From: Archangium sp.
GTDB taxonomy: Bacteria; Myxococcota; Myxococcia; Myxococcales; Myxococcaceae
Assembly (NCBI GenBank): GCA_031367385.1
Contig: JANLPS010000385.1
Location: 1 to 16,448, forward strand
Length of the DNA stretch: 16,448 nucleotides
Reading direction: 5' to 3'
Under the pieces are notes generated by a model. It saw only the letters and a list, made by a program, of their open reading frames with translations. It was not told where the DNA came from and searched no databases. This document shows positions 7,690 to 16,448 of the stretch, piece after piece. Numbering within the stretch: position 1 is the first letter of the stretch; every line of letters begins with the position of its first letter. The translations under genes were made by a program, and so were the position numbers.

Positions 7690-7797
7690 TGGGTCTGTAA
7701 TTTTTTTCGATAATTCTCAAACGCTTCGATTCGCTTGGTTTTCGTTCGCCCAGCAGTACTAGGTTGCGTTCGTTCATTCTCTTCAAGGAGCACCCCC

Positions 7798-8265
7798 ATG
7801 GCCGTCACCGGCTTGACCGAAGCAGACCAGAAGGCAGCGATCGATTGCTTGAATCGCATTCTCGAGACCGAGCTGGCCGGAGTCGTGCGCTACACGCATT
7901 ATTCGCTGATGGTCTTCGGGCACTCGCGAATACCGATCACCGGGTGGATGCGCGCGCAGGCGAACGAGTCGCTGGCCCACGCCGCCACGGCCGGTGAGCA
8001 TGTGACCTCACTGGGTGGGCACCCGTCGCTCAGCATCGGCAAGCTGCTCGAGACGCACCAGCACGACATCGACGCGATGCTGCGAGAATCGATGGAGCAC
8101 GAACGCCGCGGCACCGAAGACTACCGGCAGCTGCTCGATCTGGTGAAAGACAAGAACGTCATGCTCGAAGAATACGCGCGCACGATGTTGCACGATGAAG
8201 AGGTGCACCTGGCCGAGGTCGAGAAGATGCTGCGCCGGCCGGGCAAGCTCGAGGTCGTGAAGTAG
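7798..8265 (+). CDS. bfr: Bacterioferritin-like (ferritin-like di-iron) protein
   Basis: 155 aa from ATG 7798 with SD AAGGAG. Ferroxidase-type ligands ETELAG, ESLAH, EHE, EEVH, plus the LGGHP motif. Confidence 0.85.
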   Translation: MAVTGLTEADQKAAIDCLNRILETELAGVVRYTHYSLMVFGHSRIPITGWMRAQANESLAHAATAGEHVTSLGGHPSLSIGKLLETHQHDIDAMLRESMEHERRGTEDYRQLLDLVKDKNVMLEEYARTMLHDEEVHLAEVEKMLRRPGKLEVVK

Positions 8266-8291
8266 GGAGTTGGCGGCCGTCGTGTCAGCCC

Positions 8292-8360
8292 GTCCCAACG
8301 TTGCGACAACGTTGGGAACTGTCAGTTTCCGAGCCTGTCGCATCGTTGGGACAACTCGGA
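8292..8360. repeat. Cluster of inverted repeats (REP-like palindromes / stem-loops)
   Basis: Perfect 11-bp stem TCCCAACGTTG-cga-CAACGTTGGGA (8293-8317). 8292-8308 also matches the reverse complement of 8336-8352 at 16/17. TCCGAG (8328-8333) pairs with CTCGGA (8355-8360). Confidence 0.75.
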
Positions 8361-8383
8361 GTACGCGCGCGCGATGTTGCACG
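8359..8383 (+). repeat. Direct repeat of a segment near the bfr 3' end (8170-8194)
   Basis: GAGTACGCGCGCGCGATGTTGCACG versus GAATACGCGCGCACGATGTTGCACG, 23/25 identical. Confidence 0.7.
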
Positions 8384-8798
8384 TGAGGGAGGGTGTTGCC
8401 GACGGGTGATCGCCGAGCTCGTTCGACGCGGCCTCGACCCGACCGGTGAGCTCGGCCCCGGCAGGCCCGAGTGAGATCGCTCATCTGATGAATCGCTCGC
8501 CGCCCGCACCAGATCAGCTGCGAATTCAGCTCGAGGTCGTCGAAGCCGAGGTGGAACGTTCGCTCCCGCGCGGCAAGGCTCTTGCGGCGGAGCGGCCAGC
8601 TCGTCTCACCGGAGGCTGATCTCCACGACGTCGTTCAGCAGTTGAGGCGCTCGACACGCCAGCGAGAGCTGCCCTCCACCGAGACGACCGTCTCGAAGGC
8701 CTCCTGATCATCGACCTTTGGGGCGACAGGTCGTAAGCGCTCTACAGCGCTGATATCGCTCGAGTACCTACAAAAGACCACCAATTGAATTCAGGCCC

Positions 8799-8827
8799 TT
8801 GACGTCACGAAAAAGGCCACGTATACG
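8799..8827 (+). promoter_or_regulatory. Sigma70/SigA-type promoter of the S10-spc operon
   Basis: TTGACG (8799-8804), 17-nt spacer, TATACG (8822-8827), about 100 nt upstream of rpsJ. Confidence 0.75.
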
Positions 8828-8928
8828 CGCGCACCTCGCAACACGGCTCTGTGAAAACTAGGAGCTTCATCCCGGTCTAACAACCGTTGTCGTGCCCGAA
8901 GTCGCAACAAAGAAGGGTTCAATCGAGA

Positions 8929-9237
<309 letters not shown>

Positions 9238-9240
9238 GTC

Positions 9241-9891
9241 ATGGCCAAATTCGACGTTGTCGACATGAACATGAAGAAGGTCTCTGAGATTGAGCTCTCA
9301 GACGACGTCTTCGCTGCCAAGCCCAACGCGCACTTGCTGTACGAAGTCGCGAAGATGCAGCAGATCAATCGTCGCCGCGGCACGCTGGGCGTGAAGAACA
9401 GCTCGCTCGTGTCAGGTGGCGGCAAAAAGCCTTGGAAGCAAAAGGGCACCGGTCGTGCGCGCCAGGGTTCGACCCGCGCCTCGCACTGGGTCGGCGGCGG
9501 TAAGGCCATGGGGCCCAAGTCCCGTGACTACTTTTACCGCCCGCCTCGCACCGTGCGCCGCAATGCGCTCGCGTCGGCGATTTCGCTCCGCGCTTCAGAG
9601 AAGGCCTTGGTCATTGTCAGTGAGTTCGTCTCCGACGGTAAGTCGAAGAAGGCTTCTGACCTGCTCACCAAGAGCCTGAAGCTGGTCAATGCGTTGGTGA
9701 TTGACGAGAAGAAGAACGCGAAGCTGCACCTCGCCGTTCGCAACCTCGCCAAGTTCGACGTGCTGGCCCCCGAAGGGCTCAACGTCGAATCAGTGCTCAA
9801 CCACAAGACGTTGGTTCTGACCGTCGCCGCGGCGAAAGCCATCAGCGAAGCCGTCAGCCGCGTTCGTGGTTCGGGAAAGGTTGAGGCCTGA
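9241..9891 (+). CDS. rplD: 50S ribosomal protein L4
   Basis: VSGGGKKPWKQKGTGRARQGS motif. Confidence 0.98.
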   Translation: MAKFDVVDMNMKKVSEIELSDDVFAAKPNAHLLYEVAKMQQINRRRGTLGVKNSSLVSGGGKKPWKQKGTGRARQGSTRASHWVGGGKAMGPKSRDYFYRPPRTVRRNALASAISLRASEKALVIVSEFVSDGKSKKASDLLTKSLKLVNALVIDEKKNAKLHLAVRNLAKFDVLAPEGLNVESVLNHKTLVLTVAAAKAISEAVSRVRGSGKVEA

Positions 9892-9893
9892 AA

Positions 9894-10187
9894 ATGGACG
9901 TCAATTCTGTCATCAAGGGGCCCTTGATCACCGAGAAGCTCGACCGTGCGCGCGAGAAGTTTCGCCACTACAGCTTCATCGTCGACAAGAAGGCCACCAA
10001 GCTCGACATCGCCCGCGCCGTTCGCACCCAGTTCAAGGTGACGGTCGAGGCGGTTCGCACCACCGTCATTCGCGGCAAGATCAAGCGCGTTGGCACTTCG
10101 ATGGGGCAGCGCTCGAACTTCAAGAAGGCATTTGTCACCCTGAAGGTGGGCGACAAGATCGAGCTGTTTGAAGGAGGCACGGTCTAA
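9894..10187 (+). CDS. rplW: 50S ribosomal protein L23
   Basis: PLITEK...KKAFVTL; operon position. Confidence 0.98.
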   Translation: MDVNSVIKGPLITEKLDRAREKFRHYSFIVDKKATKLDIARAVRTQFKVTVEAVRTTVIRGKIKRVGTSMGQRSNFKKAFVTLKVGDKIELFEGGTV

Positions 10188-11032
10188 TGGGTCTCAAGAA
10201 ATTCAAACCGACCTCTGCGGCGCGTCGCCATACGACGGTCTCCGACTTCGCTGAAATCACCCGCGATATCCCCAACAAGGGGTTGACCGAGTCGATGAAG
10301 CGCTCGGGCGGCCGCAACGGCTTTGGCCACATCACCCGGCGTCACCAGGGTGGCGGTCACAAGCGTCGCTATCGCGTCATCGACTTCAAGCGCCTCGACA
10401 AAGACGGCGTGCCGGCGAAAGTGTTCTCGGTCGAGTACGACCCGAACCGCACCGCCAACATCGCACTCCTGCACTACGCCGACGGCGAGAAACGCTACAT
10501 TCTCGCGCCGGTCGGCCTCACGGTGGGCGACACGCTCCACTCTGGGCCCACGGTCGACATTCGACCCGGCAACTGCATCCCGCTCCAGAACATCCCCATC
10601 GGTACGGTCGTTCACAACGTCGAGCTGAAGCCTGGCCGCGGCGCACAGGTGATTCGCTCGGCCGGCAGCTGGGGGCAACTGATGGCGAAAGAAGGCAACT
10701 ACGCGGCGGTTCGTCTGCCGTCGGGCGCCGTTCGCCGGGTGTTGATCAACTGCCGCGCGGTCATTGGGCAGCTGGGCAACATCGACCACGAAATCATTCG
10801 CATCGGTAAGGCCGGCAAGAGCCGCTGGCTCGGCATTCGCCCCACCGTTCGCGGCCTCGCCATGAACCCTGTCGACCACCCGCACGGCGGTGGTGAAGGT
10901 AAGTCTGGTCAAGGTAACCCGCACCCTGTTTCGCCCTGGGGCAAGAAGACCAAGGGCCTCACCACGCGCAAGAACAAGCGCACTGACAAATTCATTGTCT
11001 CCGGGCGCCGTCAGGGCGTTCGCAGCCAGTAG
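10187..11032 (+). CDS. rplB: 50S ribosomal protein L2
   Basis: [13 protein letters not shown] and [13 protein letters not shown] motifs. Confidence 0.99.
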   Translation: MGLKKFKPTSAARRHTTVSDFAEITRDIPNKGLTESMKRSGGRNGFGHITRRHQGGGHKRRYRVIDFKRLDKDGVPAKVFSVEYDPNRTANIALLHYADGEKRYILAPVGLTVGDTLHSGPTVDIRPGNCIPLQNIPIGTVVHNVELKPGRGAQVIRSAGSWGQLMAKEGNYAAVRLPSGAVRRVLINCRAVIGQLGNIDHEIIRIGKAGKSRWLGIRPTVRGLAMNPVDHPHGGGEGKSGQGNPHPVSPWGKKTKGLTTRKNKRTDKFIVSGRRQGVRSQ

Positions 11033-11047
11033 AGGAGCTGACGAAAA

Positions 11048-11341
11048 ATGGCTCGAGCAACATGGAAAGGCCCCTTCATCGACCCTTCTCTGACCAAAAA
11101 GGTCGAGACGATGAACAAGGGACCCAAGAAGACGGTCATCAAGACCTGGTCGCGACGTTCGACCATCATCCCCGAGATGGTGGGCCACACGTTCGCCGTT
11201 CACAACGGGCGCAAGTTCATACCCGTGTACGTGACCGAGAACATGGTCGGTCACAAACTTGGCGAATTTTCGCCCACCCGCACTTTCAACGGCCACTCGG
11301 CTGAGAAGAAAGTCGCGGCGGCTCCAGCGAAGAAGGGTTGA
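11048..11341 (+). CDS. rpsS: 30S ribosomal protein S19
   Basis: KTWSRRSTI...VHNG...[13 protein letters not shown]. Confidence 0.99.
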   Translation: MARATWKGPFIDPSLTKKVETMNKGPKKTVIKTWSRRSTIIPEMVGHTFAVHNGRKFIPVYVTENMVGHKLGEFSPTRTFNGHSAEKKVAAAPAKKG

Positions 11342-11346
11342 GCACA

Positions 11347-11706
11347 ATGGAAGCGACAGCTCACCTCCGATTTCTTCGCATGGCACCGCGCAAGCTCACC
11401 GTCGTCGCCGCGTTGGTTCGCGGCATGCCGGTCGCGAGCGCAATCAGCACCCTCAAGTGGACGCGTCGCGCTGCTGCGCTGCCGGTTCGCAAGCTCATCG
11501 AGAGCGCGATGGCCAACGCCACCGACCTCTCGAAGGGCGAGGTCGATGTCGACAAGCTCTGGGTCAAATCGATTCACGTCGACCAGGGCCCGACCTCACG
11601 CCGCTACATGCCGCGCGCCATGGGCCGCGCTACCCGAATCAACAAAAAGACGAGCCACATTCACGTGATCGTGACTGACGCGGCCGTCAAGAAAGCCAAG
11701 AAGTAG
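11347..11706 (+). CDS. rplV: 50S ribosomal protein L22
   Basis: PRK...PRAMGRA...KKTSHI; ATG at 11347. Confidence 0.97.
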   Translation: MEATAHLRFLRMAPRKLTVVAALVRGMPVASAISTLKWTRRAAALPVRKLIESAMANATDLSKGEVDVDKLWVKSIHVDQGPTSRRYMPRAMGRATRINKKTSHIHVIVTDAAVKKAKK

Positions 11707-11731
11707 CCTTTTAGAAAGGCAAGGAGCACAC

Positions 11732-12403
11732 GTGGGTCAGAAAGTTCATCCGATTGGCTTCCGCCTGGGCGTTATTCGCACCTGGGACTCGAAATGGTTC
11801 GAGGAGCGGAACTACGCGCAGTGGCTGCACGAAGACATCAAGATTCGTGAGCACGTCAAGAAGTCACTGAACCACGCTGGTGTCTCGAAGGTCGAGATCG
11901 AGCGCGCGGCCAACAAGGTGAAGGTCAACGTGCACACCGCACGCCCCGGCATCGTGATCGGTAAGCGCGGCGCTGGCATCGAGACGGTGAAGAAAGAGCT
12001 CCAGGCGTACACCAAGAACGAAGTGTTCTTGAACATCGTCGAGGTTCGCAAGGCCGAGATCGATGCTCAGCTGGTCGCCGAGAACATCGCCACTCAGCTC
12101 GAGCGCCGAATCGCGTTTCGTCGCGCGATGAAGAAGGCCATTCAGACCGCCATGAAGTTCGGCGCCAAGGGCATTCGCGTCGCGTGCTCGGGCCGCCTGG
12201 GCGGCGCTGAAATGGCCCGCTACGAGTGGTACCGCGAAGGCCGCGTGCCGTTGCACACGCTTCGCGCCGACATCGACTATGGCTACGCCATTGGTCGCAC
12301 CACCTACGGCACCATCGGGTGCAAGGTGTGGATCTGCAAGGGTGAAGTTCTGCCGACCAAGGGCAACGCTGCCCGCGACGGTCGCGACCCGGCCGCCCGT
12401 TAA
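11732..12403 (+). CDS. rpsC: 30S ribosomal protein S3
   Basis: [13 protein letters not shown]...[17 protein letters not shown] start with SD AAGGAG. Confidence 0.99.
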   Translation: MGQKVHPIGFRLGVIRTWDSKWFEERNYAQWLHEDIKIREHVKKSLNHAGVSKVEIERAANKVKVNVHTARPGIVIGKRGAGIETVKKELQAYTKNEVFLNIVEVRKAEIDAQLVAENIATQLERRIAFRRAMKKAIQTAMKFGAKGIRVACSGRLGGAEMARYEWYREGRVPLHTLRADIDYGYAIGRTTYGTIGCKVWICKGEVLPTKGNAARDGRDPAAR

Positions 12404-12418
12404 ACATCTAGAGGACCC

Positions 12419-12838
12419 ATGCTTCAGCCTGCTCGAACCAAATATCGAAAAATGATGAAGGGCCGCATGCCTGGCCGCGCCTATCGCGGCAACACGCTGT
12501 CGTTCGGCGAGTTCGGCCTGATGACCCTCCAAGCCGGGTGGATCACCTCGCGCCAGATCGAAGCCGCTCGTATTGCGATGAGCCGCGAGATCAAGCGTGG
12601 TGGCAAAATCTGGATTCGCATTTTCCCCGACAAGCCGATCACCAAGAAGGCGGCCGAAACCCGCCAAGGTACCGGTAAAGGCAACGTGGAGTACTACGTG
12701 GCCGTCGTGAAGCCGGGCCGCATCTTGTACGAGATGGACGGCATGGCGATGCCCCTGGCCCACTCGGCCTTCAAGCTCGCCGCGGCGAAGCTCCCGGTGA
12801 TGACGCGCATCGTTCACCGCAACGAACAGAACATCTAA
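12419..12838 (+). CDS. rplP: 50S ribosomal protein L16
   Basis: [11 protein letters not shown]...RQIEAAR...[13 protein letters not shown]. Confidence 0.99.
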   Translation: MLQPARTKYRKMMKGRMPGRAYRGNTLSFGEFGLMTLQAGWITSRQIEAARIAMSREIKRGGKIWIRIFPDKPITKKAAETRQGTGKGNVEYYVAVVKPGRILYEMDGMAMPLAHSAFKLAAAKLPVMTRIVHRNEQNI

Positions 12839-12850
12839 AGAGAATTGATC

Positions 12851-13048
12851 ATGGCGACCGCAAAAGAACTCCACAGCTTGACCGTTGAAGACCTGCAGCG
12901 TCAGGCGACTGAGCTCAAGGCCACCCTGTTTCAAGACCAGCTCAAGCTGCGCACTGGCGCGCTCGACAACCCGTCAGAACGCACCACGCACCGACGTGAC
13001 CTGGCCCGCGTGTTGACGGTTCTGACCCAGAAGGCGAAAAAATCATGA
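12851..13048 (+). CDS. rpmC: 50S ribosomal protein L29
   Basis: 65 aa between rplP and rpsQ; LDNP...RRDLARVLT. Confidence 0.95.
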   Translation: MATAKELHSLTVEDLQRQATELKATLFQDQLKLRTGALDNPSERTTHRRDLARVLTVLTQKAKKS

Positions 13049-13362
13049 GCGAAGCAACCGCGAGCACCACCACCAAGGCCGTCGATTCACGCGGTCGCCC
13101 GAAGACCCGCACGGGCTTCGTGACCTCGAACAAGATGCAGAAGACGGTCGTTGTGACGGTTCGCCGCCGCATCACCCACGCCAAGTACGGCAAGATTCAG
13201 ACGACGCACGTCAAGTACAAGGCGCACGTCGAAGATCACGACTACCCGAAGAAGATCACCATCAACGAAGGCGACAAGGTTGAGATCGCCGAGACCCGCC
13301 CCTTCTCGAAAGACAAGCGCTGGCGCGTGGTGAAGGTTCTCGTGAAGGCGGTCGCGGTCTAA
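13045..13362 (+). CDS. rpsQ: 30S ribosomal protein S17
   Basis: [14 protein letters not shown]...[18 protein letters not shown]. Confidence 0.97.
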   Translation: MSEATASTTTKAVDSRGRPKTRTGFVTSNKMQKTVVVTVRRRITHAKYGKIQTTHVKYKAHVEDHDYPKKITINEGDKVEIAETRPFSKDKRWRVVKVLVKAVAV

Positions 13363-13402
13363 CCGCGGCACTCAAGGTTCAAGGGAAAAAGGAAACAAGA
13401 CC

Positions 13403-13771
13403 ATGATTCAGATGACCAGCGTCCTCGACGTTGCCGACAATTCGGGTGCGAAGAAGGTTTTCTGCATCAATGTCGCCGGCGGTTCGCAGCGCTTCTACGG
13501 TTCAGTGGGCGACGTGATCACCGTCTCGATCAAAGAGGCCTTGTCGAACGGCAAGGTCAAGAAGGGTGACGTCGCGAAAGCGGTCATCGTTCGCACCGCC
13601 AAAGAGATTCGTCGGGCCGACGGCAGCTACATCAAGTTCGACGGCAATTCAGCGGTGTTGATCAACAAAGATCTCGAGCCGCTCGGTACCCGCATCTTCG
13701 GGCCCGTCGCGCGTGAGCTGCGAGCCAAGAAGTTCATGAAGATCATCTCGCTCGCGCCTGAGGTGCTCTAA
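13403..13771 (+). CDS. rplN: 50S ribosomal protein L14
   Basis: VADNSGAK...[13 protein letters not shown]...[10 protein letters not shown]. Confidence 0.99.
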   Translation: MIQMTSVLDVADNSGAKKVFCINVAGGSQRFYGSVGDVITVSIKEALSNGKVKKGDVAKAVIVRTAKEIRRADGSYIKFDGNSAVLINKDLEPLGTRIFGPVARELRAKKFMKIISLAPEVL

Positions 13772-13774
13772 GTC

Positions 13775-14101
13775 ATGCAAAAGCTCAAAGTTGGCGACAC
13801 GGTTCAAGTGATGTCGGGTGGAGAGCGCTCGCTCAAGACCAATCGCGGCAAGCTCATCTCGATCGATAAAGAGGCCCTTCGCGTTCGCGTCGAAGGTCTT
13901 CGCATCGTCAAGAAGCACATCAAGAAGGGTGCGAGCCGTGCGAACCCCGAAGGTGGCATCACCGAGAAGCCGGGCTCAATCGCCCTGGCCAATGTTGCAT
14001 TGGTCTGCCCGAAGTGCGACAAGCCGACCCGCGTCGGCGTCAAGGTCGACGGCGACAAGAAGAAGCGCGTGTGCAAGCAGTGCGAAGCGACGATTGACTG
14101 A
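13775..14101 (+). CDS. rplX: 50S ribosomal protein L24
   Basis: [14 protein letters not shown] motif; C-terminal CPKC...CKQC. Confidence 0.97.
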   Translation: MQKLKVGDTVQVMSGGERSLKTNRGKLISIDKEALRVRVEGLRIVKKHIKKGASRANPEGGITEKPGSIALANVALVCPKCDKPTRVGVKVDGDKKKRVCKQCEATID

Positions 14102-14120
14102 AGCAGTTTTCACTTAAAAT
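14094..14120 (+). promoter_or_regulatory. Possible internal promoter upstream of rplE
   Basis: TTGACT (14094-14099) and TAAAAT (14115-14120). The spacer is only 15 nt, which is suboptimal. Confidence 0.3.
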
Positions 14121-14184
14121 TTCATTGCGTATCGCGACGCTGTAGCAAGCAAGGCGCGCCGCGAAGACGAGGACACGTAAGACC

Positions 14185-14859
14185 ATGGCCGACGAGAAGA
14201 AGCCCGAAGCAGCAGCCGAGAAGCCGAAAAAGGTCGAGAAGACCGAGAAGCGTCGCAAGAAAGAAGACGTCAAGAAGGCCGGCTACGCTGCGAACATCGA
14301 AGAAGGCCTCGAGGCGAAGCCCGCGCGACTCAAGCTGCGGTATCGCACTGAGATCGTGCCCGCACTGATGAAAGACCTCGGGTTCAAGAACCCGATGCAG
14401 GTGCCGCGCATTGAAAAAGTCGTGCTCAACATGGGCCTCGGCGACGCGCTGGCGAACAACAAGATCATGGAGTCGGCGGTCGACCAGCTCGGCGCCATCT
14501 CGGGTCAAAAACCGGTCGTGACCCGCTCACGCAAGGCGATCGCGAACTTCAAGCTGCGCGAAGACCAGGCCATCGGTTGCATGGTCACGCTGCGCGGCGA
14601 TCGCATGTACGAATTTCTCGACCGTTTGATCAACGTCGCGCTGCCCCGCGTGCGTGACTTCAAGGGTGTCTCGCCCAAGGCCTTCGACGGCCGCGGCAAC
14701 TACACCCTCGGCGTTCGCGAGCAGATCATCTTCCCTGAAATCAACTACGACCAAATTGAGAAGGTGAAGGGTCTCAATGTCAGCATCGTCACGACCGCGA
14801 AGAACGACGAGCACGGTCTGGCCTTGTTGAAGTCGTTTGGAGTTCCGTTCCGCGCGTAA
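14185..14859 (+). CDS. rplE: 50S ribosomal protein L5 with charged N-terminal extension
   Basis: KVVLNMGLG...GQKPVVT...LPRVRDFKG...FDGRGNY; GAGG upstream of ATG 14185. Confidence 0.98.
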   Translation: MADEKKPEAAAEKPKKVEKTEKRRKKEDVKKAGYAANIEEGLEAKPARLKLRYRTEIVPALMKDLGFKNPMQVPRIEKVVLNMGLGDALANNKIMESAVDQLGAISGQKPVVTRSRKAIANFKLREDQAIGCMVTLRGDRMYEFLDRLINVALPRVRDFKGVSPKAFDGRGNYTLGVREQIIFPEINYDQIEKVKGLNVSIVTTAKNDEHGLALLKSFGVPFRA

Positions 14860-14965
14860 AGCACGGAGCAGAAACGACCTTCGTGAACCACCGGCATTGG
14901 GCCGGCAGGCATGACGGTCTCCTCTGAGAGAGCGGACAGTCTCTCTCGTTTGTGAAGAAGAACAC

Positions 14966-15364
14966 ATGGCAGTGAATGACCCCGTGGGTGACCTCATCAC
15001 CCGCATTCGCAACGCAGTTCTCGCACGTCACGACAAGCTGACTTTGCCGGGCTCCAAGCTCAAGGCCGAAGTCGCGAAGGCGCTCAAGTCAGAAGGCTTC
15101 ATCGCTGACTACGTGTTGACCGACAAAATGCCGCAGGCCGAGCTCACCATCATGCTCAAGTACGGGCCTGATCGTCAGCCGGTCATTCAAGGCATCAAGC
15201 GCATCTCGAAGCCGGGCCTGCGCCGCTACGTCAACGTCCGTGAGATCCCCCGCGTTCGCGGTGGTACGGGCGTGGCGATTCTCTCTACGTCAAAAGGCGT
15301 CTTGGTCGACCACGACGCCCGCGCGGCCAAAGTGGGCGGCGAGCTCATCTGCACCGTGTTCTAA
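14966..15364 (+). CDS. rpsH: 30S ribosomal protein S8
   Basis: [13 protein letters not shown]...[10 protein letters not shown]...GGELICTVF. Confidence 0.99.
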   Translation: MAVNDPVGDLITRIRNAVLARHDKLTLPGSKLKAEVAKALKSEGFIADYVLTDKMPQAELTIMLKYGPDRQPVIQGIKRISKPGLRRYVNVREIPRVRGGTGVAILSTSKGVLVDHDARAAKVGGELICTVF

Positions 15365-15375
15365 GGAAAGATGCC

Positions 15376-15942
15376 ATGAGCCGAATTGGTAAACTGCCGA
15401 TCAAGATTGAAGACAAGGTGAAGGTCGCGATTGCCGCGGGCAAGGTCAGCTTTGAAGGCCCCAAGGGTAAAATCGCCATCCCCACCCACCCCGACATCAA
15501 AATCGAGAACAAAGACGGGCACCTGATCATCAGCCGCCCGACCGAGTCTCGGTTGCACCGCTCACTGCACGGCTTGACCCGTGCGACCTTGGCCAACGCG
15601 ATGAAGGGTGTCGCGACGGGCTGGGAGCGTGCGCTCGCCATTCGCGGCGTCGGTTTTCGCGCCGAAGTGAAGGGCAAGCAGATCAACTTCGCGCTGGGCT
15701 ACTCGCACCCCGTGGTGTTCGACCTGCCCGAGGGCGTCACTGCCGAAGTCGCGAAGACGCCGCGCACCGAAGACCAGTTGCCGACCATCGACCTGACCTT
15801 GCGTTCGGTTGACCGTCACCTGCTGGGTCAGACGGCCGTCAACATTCGCCAGCTCAAGCCGCCCGAGCCGTACAAGGGCAAGGGCATCAAGCTGCACGAC
15901 GAAACGGTTCGACGTAAAGAGGGCAAGACGGGTACTGCATAA
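15376..15942 (+). CDS. rplF: 50S ribosomal protein L6
   Basis: MSRIGKLPI...LGYSHPV...[10 protein letters not shown]. Confidence 0.99.
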   Translation: MSRIGKLPIKIEDKVKVAIAAGKVSFEGPKGKIAIPTHPDIKIENKDGHLIISRPTESRLHRSLHGLTRATLANAMKGVATGWERALAIRGVGFRAEVKGKQINFALGYSHPVVFDLPEGVTAEVAKTPRTEDQLPTIDLTLRSVDRHLLGQTAVNIRQLKPPEPYKGKGIKLHDETVRRKEGKTGTA

Positions 15943-15959
15943 CGCAGTCTCGCTCATCA

Positions 15960-15990
15960 TCCGGTGGTGGAGGTCTCAATCACCACCGGA
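15960..15990 (+). other. Intergenic stem-loop between rplF and rplR
   Basis: TCCGGTGGTG (15960-15969) and CACCACCGGA (15981-15990) form a perfect 10-bp stem; no U-tract follows on the coding strand. Confidence 0.7.
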
Positions 15991-16009
15991 AGGACAAGGA
16001 AAAAACGCC

Positions 16010-16366
16010 ATGGCAAAGAAGCCCCACAGAATTTATCGCAAAGAGCGCATTCGCAAGAAGCTGGCCGGCACCACCGAGCGCCCTCGGTTGTCGATCTACA
16101 AGTCGCTCAAGCACGTCATCGCGCAAGTGATCGACGACTCGACCGGCCGCACGCTCGCGTTCGCGTCATCGCAGTCGAAAGAGCTGAAGGGCAAGCTCGA
16201 CGACGGTGACAAGAAGGCCGCTGCCAAGCAGGTCGGTATGCTGGTCGCGAAGCTCTGCAAGACCGCGAAGATCGAAAAGGTCGTTTTCGACCGCAATGGT
16301 TTCCCCTACCACGGGCGCGTTGCGGCCCTGGCCGATGGCGCTCGTGAGGGCGGCCTTCAGTTCTAA
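16010..16366 (+). CDS. rplR: 50S ribosomal protein L18
   Basis: [13 protein letters not shown]...[14 protein letters not shown]...[11 protein letters not shown] at 16010 after AAGGA. Confidence 0.98.
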   Translation: MAKKPHRIYRKERIRKKLAGTTERPRLSIYKSLKHVIAQVIDDSTGRTLAFASSQSKELKGKLDDGDKKAAAKQVGMLVAKLCKTAKIEKVVFDRNGFPYHGRVAALADGAREGGLQF

Positions 16367-16378
16367 AGGACTACACTC

Positions 16379-16448
16379 ATGAGCAATACTCCAATCAATC
16401 CAAACGACCTTGATTTGACCGACAAAGTCGTCGGCATCAACCGCGTCG
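16379..16448 (+). CDS. rpsE: 30S ribosomal protein S5 (5' part only, runs off the window)
   Basis: MSNTPINPNDLDLTDKVVGINRV after SD AAGGA; expected position after rplR. Confidence 0.93.
   Translation, partial: MSNTPINPNDLDLTDKVVGINRV

Noticed and set aside
8293..8317. Hairpin after bfr as an intrinsic terminator
   Set aside because: No U-tract on either strand, so recorded as a repeat/stem-loop instead.
10184..12934. Long minus-strand ORFs (400 aa and 356 aa)
   Set aside because: Antisense shadows of ribosomal protein genes.
14908..14928. GMTVSS reading resembling the S14 C-terminus (GVTKSSW-like)
   Set aside because: Too short, lacks the terminal Trp and stop; cannot be distinguished from chance.
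15809..16009. N-terminal extensions of rplR (and similarly rpsJ from 8887 and bfr from 7735) in the ORF track
   Set aside because: Downstream ATGs give normal protein lengths (with clear SD sequences for rplR and bfr); the rplR extension overlaps rplF.

Overview
GC-rich bacterial window, most likely a myxobacterium (Myxococcota); this is inferred from the L4/L5/L6 sequences and a Cys-rich repeat protein. Left half (1-8760) is accessory. On the minus strand is a tightly packed run of exported proteins: a Cys-rich repeat lipoprotein, a PKD/NHL lipoprotein, an 888-aa secreted protein with a Zn-phospholipase C / S1-P1 nuclease-type domain, and a small secreted protein. Upstream of these are a peptide deformylase and a collapsed DGPF(YciI)-ECF42 sigma-factor locus that retains its promoter. 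A bacterioferritin-like gene and a repeat-rich spacer follow on the plus strand. Right half (8799-16448) is the S10-spc ribosomal protein operon from rpsJ to the start of rpsE. It has its own sigma70-type promoter, no tuf directly upstream, and lacks both rplC (L3) and rpsN (S14). All family assignments come from motif recognition by eye; no searches were run.
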